Assembly (NCBI GenBank): GCA_964446585.1
Contig: CAYUPI010000002.1
Span: 40,950-104,949 of the forward strand
Origin: an uncultured Verrucomicrobiota bacterium
GTDB taxonomy: Bacteria > Verrucomicrobiota > Verrucomicrobiia > Limisphaerales > UBA8199
Direction: 5' to 3'
DNA length: 64,000 nucleotides
Part shown: positions 9,657 through 17,764 of the stretch, piece by piece
Position numbering within the stretch: position 1 is the stretch's first letter
Layout: each line of letters starts with the position of its first letter
Notes under the pieces: model-generated
Seen by the model: only the letters and a program-made list of their open reading frames with translations
Told to the model about the DNA's origin: nothing
The model's database searches: none
Translations under genes and position numbers: made by a program

Positions 9657-10739
9657 ATGAAGTACGGCCTAAGTATTCCTCCCGGCGGGGCGCTGGACTT
9701 TTTGTCGCTCGGAGCACTTGTCCATCGGCTGGACCCGGGAATAACCCCGTTTCGCAAAGCCACCGAATGCCAAATCCACGTCAGCGGCGGCGAGTTCAAC
9801 GTGGCCGCCAACCTCTCCGACTGTTTCGGCCTGCGCACCGGCATCGCCACGGCGCTGGTGGATTATCCCATCGGCGAGTTGATAGCCGAACGCGTGCAGG
9901 CCATGGGCGTCAAGCCGTTCTACAAGCGATTCAAACACGATGGCGTTCACGGCCCGAACATGGCGACGGTCTATAGCGACCGCGGGCACGGCATCCGCGC
10001 CCCGGTGGTATTCTACAACCGCTGCAACGAAGCGGCGGCACAACTCAAGCCCGGCGATTTCCCCTGGAAGGAGATATTCTCCGCGGGCGTGCGTTGGTTT
10101 CACTGCGGCGGAATCTTCGCTTCTCTTTCGAACACAACTGCCGAGCTCACGATTGAAGCGATGCAGGCGGCCAGGGCGGCGGGCGCAGTGGTTTCTTTCG
10201 ACCTCAACTATCGGGCCAAACTCTGGACCGTTTCGGGCGGGCCCCGCCGCGCCATAACCGTGCTCAATCGTATCGTGGAGAACGTCGATGTGCTGGTTTG
10301 CAACGAAGAAGACCTGCAAATGGGCCTGGGCATCGAGGGGCCTCAAGCCGCCGCCCAATCCAAACTCGATCCCAGCGCGTTCCTGGGAATGATCGAGAAA
10401 GTCACGCGGAAGCATCCGCAGGTAAAGATCGTCGCTACCACCTTGCGGGCTGTAAAGTCCACCAACCGGCACACTTGGGGCGCAGTGGCCTGCATCAACG
10501 GAAAGGCTGTCCTGTCGCCGCATTGCGACCTTGATGTGCTCGATCGCGTCGGTGGTGGCGATGGCTTCGCTGCGGGATTCTTCTATGGATTGCTCGCGAA
10601 CGAACCGGAGGAAGAAGCCGTCAAACTCGGCTGGGCGCACGGCGCCCTGCTGACGACTTTCCCCGGTGACACAACCATGGCCTCGCTCGAGCAAGTCCGC
10701 GCCTTTGCGCAGGGTGGCTCGGCGCGGATTCAGCGCTGA
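9657..10739 (+). CDS. PfkB family carbohydrate kinase (2-keto-3-deoxygluconate kinase-like)
   Basis: Ribokinase-like fold motifs: an N-terminal GG dipeptide region and a C-terminal DRVGGGDGFAAGF anion-hole motif. The likely start is MKYGL. Confidence 0.8.
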   Translation: MKYGLSIPPGGALDFLSLGALVHRLDPGITPFRKATECQIHVSGGEFNVAANLSDCFGLRTGIATALVDYPIGELIAERVQAMGVKPFYKRFKHDGVHGPNMATVYSDRGHGIRAPVVFYNRCNEAAAQLKPGDFPWKEIFSAGVRWFHCGGIFASLSNTTAELTIEAMQAARAAGAVVSFDLNYRAKLWTVSGGPRRAITVLNRIVENVDVLVCNEEDLQMGLGIEGPQAAAQSKLDPSAFLGMIEKVTRKHPQVKIVATTLRAVKSTNRHTWGAVACINGKAVLSPHCDLDVLDRVGGGDGFAAGFFYGLLANEPEEEAVKLGWAHGALLTTFPGDTTMASLEQVRAFAQGGSARIQR

Positions 10740-11195
10740 AGGGGCAAAGCTGAAGTACCGAACGGGCGTGTTGCCCAACCACCGGAGTGCGGCCGTCCTC
10801 GGCCGCAGCAGCTTCCGAATCGGCTCGTTCTTTCGAATTCCTGGACAACGCTAAGACCGACTTACACTTTTCGGCAGTTTTGCGTTTCGGCAGGAAGCCC
10901 TTATAGGGCACTCCGCCCGAAGCGCGCTCCGGGCAGTGGAGTTGTCCCATTGCGGGACAGGCTTTGTGCTTTTTCGCTTAACCGGCCCTGCCTTCCCTTC
11001 GCCGCCATTGGCGAACCGTGTTTCGAGGCGACGGGAACGAAGTTGGACCATTGGAACGAAACTAGCTGTTTGCCACGGGGCGAGTGCTGCCGGGGCACCG
11101 CCAAAAACGGCTGAATACCAGAATCGACGCCATCGGACCGAAAAAATAAGTATTGAAATGCCTCGGGGCTTTCGTAAAGCATCTAAGAACAGATT

Positions 11196-11705
11196 ATGAA
11201 ACTGACTAAATCCACCGTCACATTGTTGGCTTGTTCCTGTCTGACCATGTTGTTCAGCGGCTGCGCCTCCCTGATGTGCGGCCCGCAACAAACTGTCGCC
11301 ATCGATTCTCACCCCCAGGGGGCTGAGGTCCTGGTGTATGATTCCCGCGGCCAAATTATCTTTCAACAGACCACTCCGTGCGTCGCCAAGCTCGATCGGC
11401 ACGACCACGACTTCCTCCGCGCCGCCAACTACGTCGTCCTGGTTCGCAAAGAGGGCTTCGCCCCGGTCCAGGTACCGCTGCACGGCCTGGTCAACCGCGC
11501 TTACTGCGTCAACGTCCTTTCGGCCGGCATCGGATACATCGTGGACCCAATCACCGGCTCGATGTGGACGCTCAGTCCCGACGCAGTGGACACGAAATTG
11601 GCCGGCGAGAATGCCGCCTTCCTTCGTAAGGATGGCATCATGATTTGCTTGAAAGACGAAGTTCCCGCGGCGCTCACACCCTATCTCAAACCGCTGACTG
11701 ACTAA
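11196..11705 (+). CDS. Hypothetical lipoprotein
   Basis: Signal peptide and lipobox MLFSGC. The overlapping antisense 294-aa ORF is judged spurious. Confidence 0.55.
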   Translation: MKLTKSTVTLLACSCLTMLFSGCASLMCGPQQTVAIDSHPQGAEVLVYDSRGQIIFQQTTPCVAKLDRHDHDFLRAANYVVLVRKEGFAPVQVPLHGLVNRAYCVNVLSAGIGYIVDPITGSMWTLSPDAVDTKLAGENAAFLRKDGIMICLKDEVPAALTPYLKPLTD

Positions 11706-11844
11706 TTCGCCCGGGCGCGCTCCAGGAATCCGCAATCAGCTTGTCCTGGAGCGCCCTGAGCCGGGCGGCCCGCCTCTACCGAACGTCCGATTGAACCAGA
11801 GGCGCAATCAGCGCGTCCGCCCCAGCAAGAATTAGTCGGCGTTG

Positions 11845-12286
11845 TCACGTCGAAGAGCCGATTGACAGCGCCTCGCCGAAGGCGAGAATCAAGCCGTTCG
11901 GATCCCTGATCACTACCTCCCGTTGGCCATAGGTCATGTCCTCGGGACCGTCGAGGATCTCGGCACCCCGTCGGCGCCACTCCTCGGCCAGGGCATCGAC
12001 CCCTTTGACATGGAAATAAGCGTGGTAACCCTCATCACGCCGGATACGTCCGCTCACACGATAGAAGAACACCTGGACATCGTCGCGGCGAACGATTCCG
12101 AACGGAGGAGGTGAGGTTGGCGTCAGCGTGCGCCGCTCCCCATCCCAATAACTCGCGATTTGAAAACCGAGAACATCGCGATAGTATTCGGCCGTTCGGG
12201 CAACGTCCTGAACCGCGAATTGAGGTACCACCGTGACCAAGCGTGTGCGCGCTTCGGTGGAGAGATTTTTCGGCATAACGTGTGCC
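11845..12286 (-). CDS. VOC/glyoxalase family protein, candidate terminal cassette of the attC array
   Basis: VVPQFAVQDVARTAEYYRDVLGF...VVIRDPNGLILAFGE. The ATG lies 7 nt after the GTT core of attC-a. Confidence 0.7.
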
Positions 12287-12293
12287 AGCAACT

Positions 12294-12382
12294 ACTAACC
12301 AAAAGCTCACTGGCGCCGGAGCAGTCAGCTCCGGCTTTGAAACAGGGCGCGAACCCGGCGCCCAGTGCAGGGCGCGGGTTAG
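12294..12382 (-). repeat. attC-like site a
   Basis: Plus strand: aCTAACcaaaaGCTCACTGGCGCCGG...CCGGCGCCCAGTGCAGggcgcgGGTTAGtc. The TAA stop of ORF 12379..12624 lies inside the R'' box (gaCTAACc on the coding strand). The L boxes are inverted and complementary with 2 extra bases. Confidence 0.5.
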
Positions 12383-12624
12383 TCATCGAGCTTGGCAACG
12401 AAGAGAGCATAGACCGCCAGAAAAGCAAAAGCTAGAGCAAGGGAAACAAGCAAAGTCATGCCAACGGAAAATGGCATGGTCACTCCAAGGACTTGCAGCG
12501 AGGCCGACGCTCCACCTTGGGCTGCCGCCCAGACCAGCACCATCCATGAGATGTAAGCTTGGTACCCAAGAAGCACCGCCACTCCCAAGCTGGCTACACT
12601 AACACACAGACGAGCGACGACCAT
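12379..12624 (-). CDS. Small hydrophobic membrane protein (cassette ORF)
   Basis: 81 aa with two predicted TM helices. Confidence 0.4.
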   Translation of the reverse strand: MVVARLCVSVASLGVAVLLGYQAYISWMVLVWAAAQGGASASLQVLGVTMPFSVGMTLLVSLALAFAFLAVYALFVAKLDD

Positions 12625-12635
12625 AATTCAAGTTG

Positions 12636-12726
12636 CGACTAACGAACAGCGCAGCCACGCCGGACCAAGGGCGCGCGGCTGGAACCGAGACGCGCTCCCG
12701 GCGTTGGCTGGCGCGTCTGGTTGGCG
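12636..12726 (-). repeat. attC-like site b (conserved family b/c/d)
   Basis: Plus strand: cTAACgaacaGCGCAGCCACGCCGG...CCCGGCGTTGGCTGGCGCgtctgGTTGGcg. The reverse complement of the 3' arm is GCGCCAGCCAACGCCGG, which pairs with the 5' arm apart from 2 unpaired bases. Confidence 0.6.
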
Positions 12727-13134
12727 TTACTCAATCGGTATTGTCTTCTTCTCTGGTTCACGCTGTTCGATAACGGTACCCTTTGGAGCACCGATTTCCT
12801 TGAGCTTCGCAACCAAAAGGGGAATCGCTTTCTGAGGATCCGTCACATCGACATCCAGGCCGACATACTCGATCTGTTTGTCTTTAGTTAACATCGTGCC
12901 GCCGCCGGAAACCTCGCCGAGTCGATGCTGGGACAGCAACTCGTTGATAGGATCTTCATATTTTTTCGCTCTCTCTTCGGGCATGATCTGTTCAGGAATC
13001 TTGATGTAGAGGAAGTAAGTCTTGGCAGCGGCGGGACGTGTCTGGGTCCTGCTGGCGGACTGCTGAGTCTTCTGGTCGCACCCGCACATCAATGGAATGA
13101 GCGCGAATACGAAGGCTTTGGTGAAGCGCTTCAT
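12727..13134 (-). CDS. Hypothetical lipoprotein (cassette ORF)
   Basis: MKRFTKAFVFALIPLMCGC lipobox. The stop is directly followed by R'' CGCCAAC. Confidence 0.5.
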   Translation of the reverse strand: MKRFTKAFVFALIPLMCGCDQKTQQSASRTQTRPAAAKTYFLYIKIPEQIMPEERAKKYEDPINELLSQHRLGEVSGGGTMLTKDKQIEYVGLDVDVTDPQKAIPLLVAKLKEIGAPKGTVIEQREPEKKTIPIE

Positions 13135-13139
13135 GATTT

Positions 13140-13236
13140 AATGCCAACGACCGCTCTCGCTGGCGCCCCGGCCAATGGCGTTCAATATGGAAACAGAGCA
13201 CCCTCCGGGCGTCCAGTGCAGAGCAAACATTAGGGC
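13140..13236 (-). repeat. attC-like site g
   Basis: Plus strand: tGCCAACgaccgCTCTCGCTGGCGCCCCGG...CCGGGCGTCCAGTGCAGAGcaaacaTTAGGgc. The L boxes are related to those of site a. The stop of ORF 13230..13694 lies inside the GCCCTAA box. Confidence 0.5.
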
Positions 13237-13694
13237 TTTCCCGGACCATACGGCATCCAAGTGTTGCAGTCCTCTTTCTTGTCAGTGACCACCTTCCATC
13301 CTTCCGCGCCCTTCTTCACCGTGTAAGTGTTGCACGAACCGGTACCGACCTCGTCGGAACAGCCACCGGCAACCCTGACCTCTGTGTCCGAAACCCACCG
13401 CATATTGCTGATCCTAAAACTGAGACCGTCGCTTCCTTTGTGCCACTCCGAAAACTTGCGCACGGGCGGAGTGTGACCGGTGAATCGCTTCATGAATTCA
13501 TCTGGCGGATCCCAAAGCTTCTCGCCCATCGTCAGGTAATAGGCCTTGGCCGTCTTCGCAAGTTTGGAGGTATTATGGTCGAATTGGTAGCGGAATACAC
13601 TCTCCCGAATCGCGTCCTCTTGCGGCACGCGCGCGCTGTCGTCCGCAAGACAAGCCGTCGCCAGCAGGAAAAATAAGGTAATGCTGCGTGTCAT
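13230..13694 (-). CDS. Secreted hypothetical protein (cassette ORF)
   Basis: Signal peptide MTRSITLFFLLATACLA. Confidence 0.5.
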   Translation of the reverse strand: MTRSITLFFLLATACLADDSARVPQEDAIRESVFRYQFDHNTSKLAKTAKAYYLTMGEKLWDPPDEFMKRFTGHTPPVRKFSEWHKGSDGLSFRISNMRWVSDTEVRVAGGCSDEVGTGSCNTYTVKKGAEGWKVVTDKKEDCNTWMPYGPGKP

Positions 13695-13706
13695 CGGTGC
13701 TCCTTT

Positions 13707-13797
13707 GCCCTAACGTGGAGCGCAGCCACGCCGGGCCGGTGCGGGTAGAGTGCAAGACAGACGCGCTCCCGGCGTTGGCTGGCGCGTCTCGTTAGCA
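13707..13797 (-). repeat. attC-like site c
   Basis: Plus strand: ccCTAACgtggaGCGCAGCCACGCCGGG...CCCGGCGTTGGCTGGCGCgtctcGTTAGca. The TAA stop of ORF 13792..14079 is inside R'' (TGCTAAC on the coding strand). Confidence 0.6.
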
Positions 13798-14079
13798 TTC
13801 AGTTTCATGGCGCACGTGATTCTGGCGCTGGCGCTCTGTAAGCAGTGACCGCAAGCGAGTGATCTCTGCCGGTCGGAACCCATCCAGCTGATACTGAACC
13901 CAACGGCCCCGAAGCAAACGAATCTGTAGACAAACTGGCGACGGCAGCTTGTGCGCCGCGACTTGCCGCAGGTCAATCTCTGTGCGGTTCAGCGGGTGCC
14001 CCTGCGAAAGCAGCAGGGTGTCGCCCCGCACGCGGAAATGCGGAAGGACTCCATTGAGAGCTGCAGAAAAGACGTTCAT
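13792..14079 (-). CDS. Hypothetical protein (cassette ORF)
   Basis: 95 aa. The ATG directly abuts GTTAGC. Confidence 0.35.
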   Translation of the reverse strand: MNVFSAALNGVLPHFRVRGDTLLLSQGHPLNRTEIDLRQVAAHKLPSPVCLQIRLLRGRWVQYQLDGFRPAEITRLRSLLTERQRQNHVRHETEC

Positions 14080-14136
14080 GCTAACGCCCGTGGTGAGGCG
14101 CGGCGGGCAAGAGGTGTGCGGCTTGAAACAGAGTGG

Positions 14137-14601
14137 TCATCCCGCCGTCGCCTCCACCACGTTGTTGGCCGATCCCTTCGTTGCCTCGAAACCCTCGCGG
14201 GTAACAAGATGCGCCGTGAACCCGAAGCGTCCCAGCTCCTTCTGAATCCGCTCAGTCCACTTAGCCCCAATGACGTTGATCCGTGACCACGGGGGATCGT
14301 GAGAGTACTCTCCGTGATGCAGATCAATGTCCGCCAACTCCGAAATGAGCCAGTCCTCTGGCCGTGCAGTCAGCTCAACCTTGAAGGAGCTTAGGCCGAC
14401 AAGATAGCTCTCCGGATTCCGCTCCCTTCCAACTGCTTCGTACGCAGGCCGGTTGACCTCTGTGTCTGCGATCCACACCGGCTCTCCCAGCGGAATCTCG
14501 CGTAGACGTTCCCCGAACACCGGGTCGACAATTACATGCACGGTGTATGGCTTACCTTTCATCTTTCGGCCAACGCTCCAGATCAGAGACCCGGCGACCA
14601 T
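14137..14601 (-). CDS. Hypothetical protein (cassette ORF)
   Basis: 154 aa. The ATG is 11 nt after the GTTGACA core of site f. Confidence 0.45.
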   Translation of the reverse strand: MVAGSLIWSVGRKMKGKPYTVHVIVDPVFGERLREIPLGEPVWIADTEVNRPAYEAVGRERNPESYLVGLSSFKVELTARPEDWLISELADIDLHHGEYSHDPPWSRINVIGAKWTERIQKELGRFGFTAHLVTREGFEATKGSANNVVEATAG

Positions 14602-14611
14602 GATCTTCGAT

Positions 14612-14660
14612 TGTCAACCAGAGCGTCATCGCCGGGCTCTCTGCATCTGGTTTGTTGGGC
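14612..14660 (-). repeat. Short attC-like site f (minimal, about 57 bp)
   Basis: On the coding strand: stop-8nt-GCCCAAC aaaCCAGATGC...GCTCTGG ttGTTGACA. Both core boxes match the consensus perfectly or nearly so. The L pairing is short and has one unpaired T. Confidence 0.35.
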
Positions 14661-14667
14661 TCGTCGC

Positions 14668-15108
14668 TCATCGGGTTTTTGTGATGGTCACAACGGCAAG
14701 TTCGGCGCTGCGGAACTCATAATGCACGGAGTGCCTCTCATATTCCAAGCGCACCCAATGACGCGGAATGCCCAGGAGATCTGACTTCCCTTTCGAGACC
14801 CGCAGGTTCCTCGCAGCGCCATCTGCCTCTACTTCATGGATAGTCGAAAAGAACGGGACGTCGCAATCGCTGCGACTGACGGGCGCGAACCCATCATGCA
14901 GTACGGTATGGAGGAAAATCACCTCAAGAGTCTGGTTGGCGTCGAACCCGAATTGAAACCCATCCGTCTTCGAGGCTGCCCAATACTTGTCAGGCATGTT
15001 CTCGTGTAAACGATCGAAATCGTAAACGACTTCAATATCCGCGCGCTCCAGAATGTCTATGATCTCGTCGTCCTTGAGCCGCTTCCCGAGGAGTGGGAGA
15101 AACTTCAT
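14668..15108 (-). CDS. Hypothetical protein (cassette ORF)
   Basis: The likely start is MKFLPLLGKRL. The longer ORF-track N-terminus, MPDVTGPAWLRS, is a translation of the attC-d repeat. Confidence 0.5.
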   Translation of the reverse strand: MKFLPLLGKRLKDDEIIDILERADIEVVYDFDRLHENMPDKYWAASKTDGFQFGFDANQTLEVIFLHTVLHDGFAPVSRSDCDVPFFSTIHEVEADGAARNLRVSKGKSDLLGIPRHWVRLEYERHSVHYEFRSAELAVVTITKTR

Positions 15109-15116
15109 GGCTGTTT

Positions 15117-15207
15117 TGCCCAACGACGAGCGCAGCCACGCCGGGCCAGTGACGTCGGGCACGCCGCGGGACGGACTCCCGCCGTTGGCTGGCGCGATTG
15201 GTTACAC
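15117..15207 (-). repeat. attC-like site d
   Basis: Plus strand: gCCCAACgacgaGCGCAGCCACGCCGGG...CCCGCCGTTGGCTGGCGCgattgGTTACac. The R' GTTGGGC on the coding strand matches the consensus perfectly. The TAA stop of ORF 15202..15525 is inside GTGTAAC. Confidence 0.6.
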
Positions 15208-15525
15208 GATTTTGGTCTCATTGGTTTCGAGCGCGTCCAAAGCATGAACAAATGCCGGTAGCGCCGCTCTGAACTCCTTCATGGAGCCGAAATAGAGGCC
15301 AATTTCTTTATGCTCCTTGACCTCGCAGGCATATGCGCGTTCGATTGGCAATGTTTGCATGTCGTCGAGCCCCGCAAACAGGACCTCCGTTGGCGGGATA
15401 CGAGTGCTGCGCTGAATACGCCAAACTCCGGAAATTCGATAGCCGTCGCCTTCCAGCTGAGAGATCAGACGCCAGCCCTTTTTTTCGAGGGCAGTTTTTA
15501 GCTCGCTGAGGTGGGTGTCGCCCAT
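15202..15525 (-). CDS. Hypothetical protein (cassette ORF)
   Basis: 107 aa. Confidence 0.5.
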   Translation of the reverse strand: MGDTHLSELKTALEKKGWRLISQLEGDGYRISGVWRIQRSTRIPPTEVLFAGLDDMQTLPIERAYACEVKEHKEIGLYFGSMKEFRAALPAFVHALDALETNETKIV

Positions 15526-15536
15526 GCGTCATTTTT

Positions 15537-15635
15537 GCGGGTAACGAAAAAAGTGAGCGATGGCGGCGGCCCATGACCCTCGGACACGCGAACGCCGTGC
15601 GCCCGCCGCCATTCGCTCCACTGACTTGTTGGCCC
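15537..15635 (-). repeat. attC-like site e
   Basis: Plus strand: gGGTAACgaaaaaaGTGAGCGATGGCGGCGGG...CCCGCCGCCATTCGCTCCACtgacttGTTGGcc. The L boxes are complementary with 2 unpaired bases. Confidence 0.55.
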
Positions 15636-15641
15636 CGGTCT

Positions 15642-15992
15642 TCATCCCCAACTCTTTCCAGTATACCAAGCTGGACGCTCCGAATCTGGCCCAAGAAACT
15701 GCCAGTCATCCAGTGTGTCGCAGAATAATTGACGTCGATACTCGCTGTATTCAGCAGCGAGTTGAGAACGACCATATTCATTGCCCGCTGGCACCGGCAC
15801 AGCGGCTGAGGGCTCACCAATAACCGAGATGAGCATACCAACTCGGCCGCCAAACTGGTGGATAAGGCCCAAATGCTCGAACAAATTGCCGTCCGCACTC
15901 GCGAGAACAAACGGAGAGGTGAAACGAACACCCAAGTCTCGCTCGGCTTCGCGCCAGGCTGCAACAACCCTGGACTCGGTCTCAGTCATCAT
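15642..15992 (-). CDS. Hypothetical protein (first cassette ORF of the array)
   Basis: 116 aa. Confidence 0.45.
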   Translation of the reverse strand: MMTETESRVVAAWREAERDLGVRFTSPFVLASADGNLFEHLGLIHQFGGRVGMLISVIGEPSAAVPVPAGNEYGRSQLAAEYSEYRRQLFCDTLDDWQFLGPDSERPAWYTGKSWG

Positions 15993-16344
15993 GCGGTATC
16001 CAAGGCCAACTATATGATTAACAGGAAAGAATTCCTGCTAAGTTGATAATAGGGCAGAAACTGCGAATTAATTCCTAGTTTTGATCGCATAGCGGCTTGG
16101 GTGTCCCGGCCCGTTCCACAGGGTTATCGAAGCAAAGGTTGCAATTTTTGGCAAGGCCGTTCGCGTCGGCCAGATCGTCCAAGCGAGCGATGTTGGCATT
16201 AAGAGCTAGCCGGTACTTATCCCTCACCCGCCTTTTTGATTCCTGAATTGACTTCGGTCACAAGAGCACTGAGGTTATTTTAGTTCGAACTGCGAAACGG
16301 GCTTAAGAACACGGGCGGCAATCGGCCTTTCGGGAAAGACAGAG

Positions 16345-17529
16345 ATGAACCTCAAGGACGGAGTGTATTTGAGCGGGGGCGCGCGGACCGCCATGGGCGG
16401 GTTCTGCGGCGCCTTCGAATCCACGCCGGCGCCCGCGCTGGGCAGCGTAGTTGTCAAAGCGGCGCTCCAGCGCGCGGGTGTGCCGAAAGACCACGTTGAT
16501 GAGATCATTTTTGGCAATGTCGTCAGCGCCGGCCTGGGACAAAACGTGGCGCGGCAAGCCGCGATCGGTGCCGGCTTGGGGCCGCAGATCGGCGCCACGA
16601 CTGTTAACAAGGTATGTGGCTCGGGCCTGAAGGCAGTCATGCTGGCGGCGCAGGCCATTAAGTGTGGCGAGGCGTCGCTGATCGTGGCTGGCGGGACCGA
16701 GAACATGTCGCGCGCACCATATCTGTTGGAGAAGGCGCGCGGCGGCTACCGGATGGGGAACGCCGAGATGGTGGACTCGATGATCCGCGACGGCCTGTGG
16801 GACGTGTACCACCAGGTCCACATGGGGACCTGCGGGGATCGATGCGCGGAGAAATACAGATTTACGCGCCAGCAGCAGGACGATTACGCCGTCACCAGCT
16901 TCAAACGCGCCCTGGATGCCATCGCCAATGGCAGATTCGCTGCGGAAATCGAGCCCGTGCAGGTCAAGTTGGGCCGGGAGGCGATTTCGGTGACCGAAGA
17001 CGAGACGCCGAAGAAATTCAACGAGGAGAAGCTGCGCAAATTGCGGCCGGCCTTTGGCGAGAACGGCACCGTCACCGCCGGCAACGCATCCAGCATCAAC
17101 GATGGCGCGGCAGCTTTGGTAGTAGCTTCGCTTGAAAAAGTCCAGGCGCTGGGTCTCAAACCGCAAGCGCGCATTCTGGGCTACGCCACGTTCTCGCAGG
17201 AGCCGGAGTGGTTTACGACCGCGCCTATCGGCGCCATTGCCAGGCTGTTGAAGATGCTCTCGCTGAAAGCCGCGGACATAGATCTGTTTGAAATCAATGA
17301 AGCCTTCGCCGTCGTGCCGATGGTCGCTATGAAGGAATTGGGCATCCCACACGAAAAGCTGAACGTGAATGGCGGGGCCGTGGCCTTGGGCCATCCGATC
17401 GGCGCCAGCGGCGCGCGCACGCTGGTGACGCTGCTCCAGGCGATGCAGCAACGCAATGCCCGCCTCGGAATAGATTCTTTGTGCATCGGCGGCGGCGAGG
17501 CGGTAGCCATGGCAGTCGAGCGCTGCTGA
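16345..17529 (+). CDS. Acetyl-CoA C-acetyltransferase (thiolase II)
   Basis: Active-site region VNKVCGSGLKAV and the C-terminal NVNGGAVALGHPIGASGAR...CIGGGEAVAM motif. Confidence 0.9.
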   Translation: MNLKDGVYLSGGARTAMGGFCGAFESTPAPALGSVVVKAALQRAGVPKDHVDEIIFGNVVSAGLGQNVARQAAIGAGLGPQIGATTVNKVCGSGLKAVMLAAQAIKCGEASLIVAGGTENMSRAPYLLEKARGGYRMGNAEMVDSMIRDGLWDVYHQVHMGTCGDRCAEKYRFTRQQQDDYAVTSFKRALDAIANGRFAAEIEPVQVKLGREAISVTEDETPKKFNEEKLRKLRPAFGENGTVTAGNASSINDGAAALVVASLEKVQALGLKPQARILGYATFSQEPEWFTTAPIGAIARLLKMLSLKAADIDLFEINEAFAVVPMVAMKELGIPHEKLNVNGGAVALGHPIGASGARTLVTLLQAMQQRNARLGIDSLCIGGGEAVAMAVERC

Positions 17530-17597
17530 CCGACTGGTTCCTTCTCAAGGACGGGAGCACATTGCTATTGCCACCATCACGACGGGAGCTGAGCCAG

Positions 17598-17709
17598 CCG
17601 GAGCGCGGACTTCAGTCCGCAGCTTTGGTTGAAACCGAGTTTTGCGAAAGATACTCCCTGGCGCCTTGGGCCATTCTGGCATTGCTGCGGACTGAAGTCC
17701 GCGCTCCGG
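17598..17709. repeat. 26-bp perfect inverted repeat in the convergent intergenic spacer
   Basis: CCGGAGCGCGGACTTCAGTCCGCAGC at 17598..17623 and its exact reverse complement at 17684..17709. Each arm also contains a GGAC-TTCA-GTCC mini-hairpin. Confidence 0.6.
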
Positions 17710-17764
17710 CCCGGTGGTGGCAGATTCGACTCCCAAAATCGAGCAGGCAAAATTAAGGAAGCGC

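Larger units (their letters stand above)
12294..15992 (-). mobile_element. Candidate integron cassette array with no integrase in the window (CALIN-like): 8 small ORFs plus the VOC gene, separated by 7 attC-like sites
   Basis: Every intergenic spacer has R''(YYAAC)-5/6nt-L''...L'-5/6nt-R'(GTTRR) architecture with unpaired bases in the L boxes. Stop codons sit in or next to R''. The next ATG follows 7-13 nt after R'. All ORFs are on the same strand with no room for promoters. Confidence 0.6.

Noticed and set aside
10740-11195. 450-bp spacer after the PfkB kinase as a riboswitch/ncRNA
   Set aside because: Only a simple GCGGCCG-tcct-CGGCCGC hairpin at about 10789..10806 with no U-tract. No recognisable conserved RNA motif.
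10851-11735. 294-aa minus-strand ORF overlapping the lipoprotein gene
   Set aside because: It overlaps a plus-strand gene with a clear lipoprotein signal peptide. It has no motifs, and its N-terminal part spans a non-coding spacer.
12636-15207. Interpreting the conserved b/c/d repeats as REP/MITE elements or as a small conserved peptide (TGPAWLRS appears in two ORF-track ORFs)
   Set aside because: The peptide similarity comes from translating the same DNA repeat. The AAC...GTT cores, the fixed 5-6 nt spacers, the L-box bulges, the stop codons inside R'' and the one-per-gene-end placement fit attC better than REP/MITE. REP/MITE is kept as the refuting alternative.
16303-17451. 382-aa minus-strand ORF antisense to the thiolase gene
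   Set aside because: It lies entirely inside, and antisense to, a gene with strong thiolase motifs. It is an Arg/Gly/Ala-rich translation typical of a GC-rich antisense frame.
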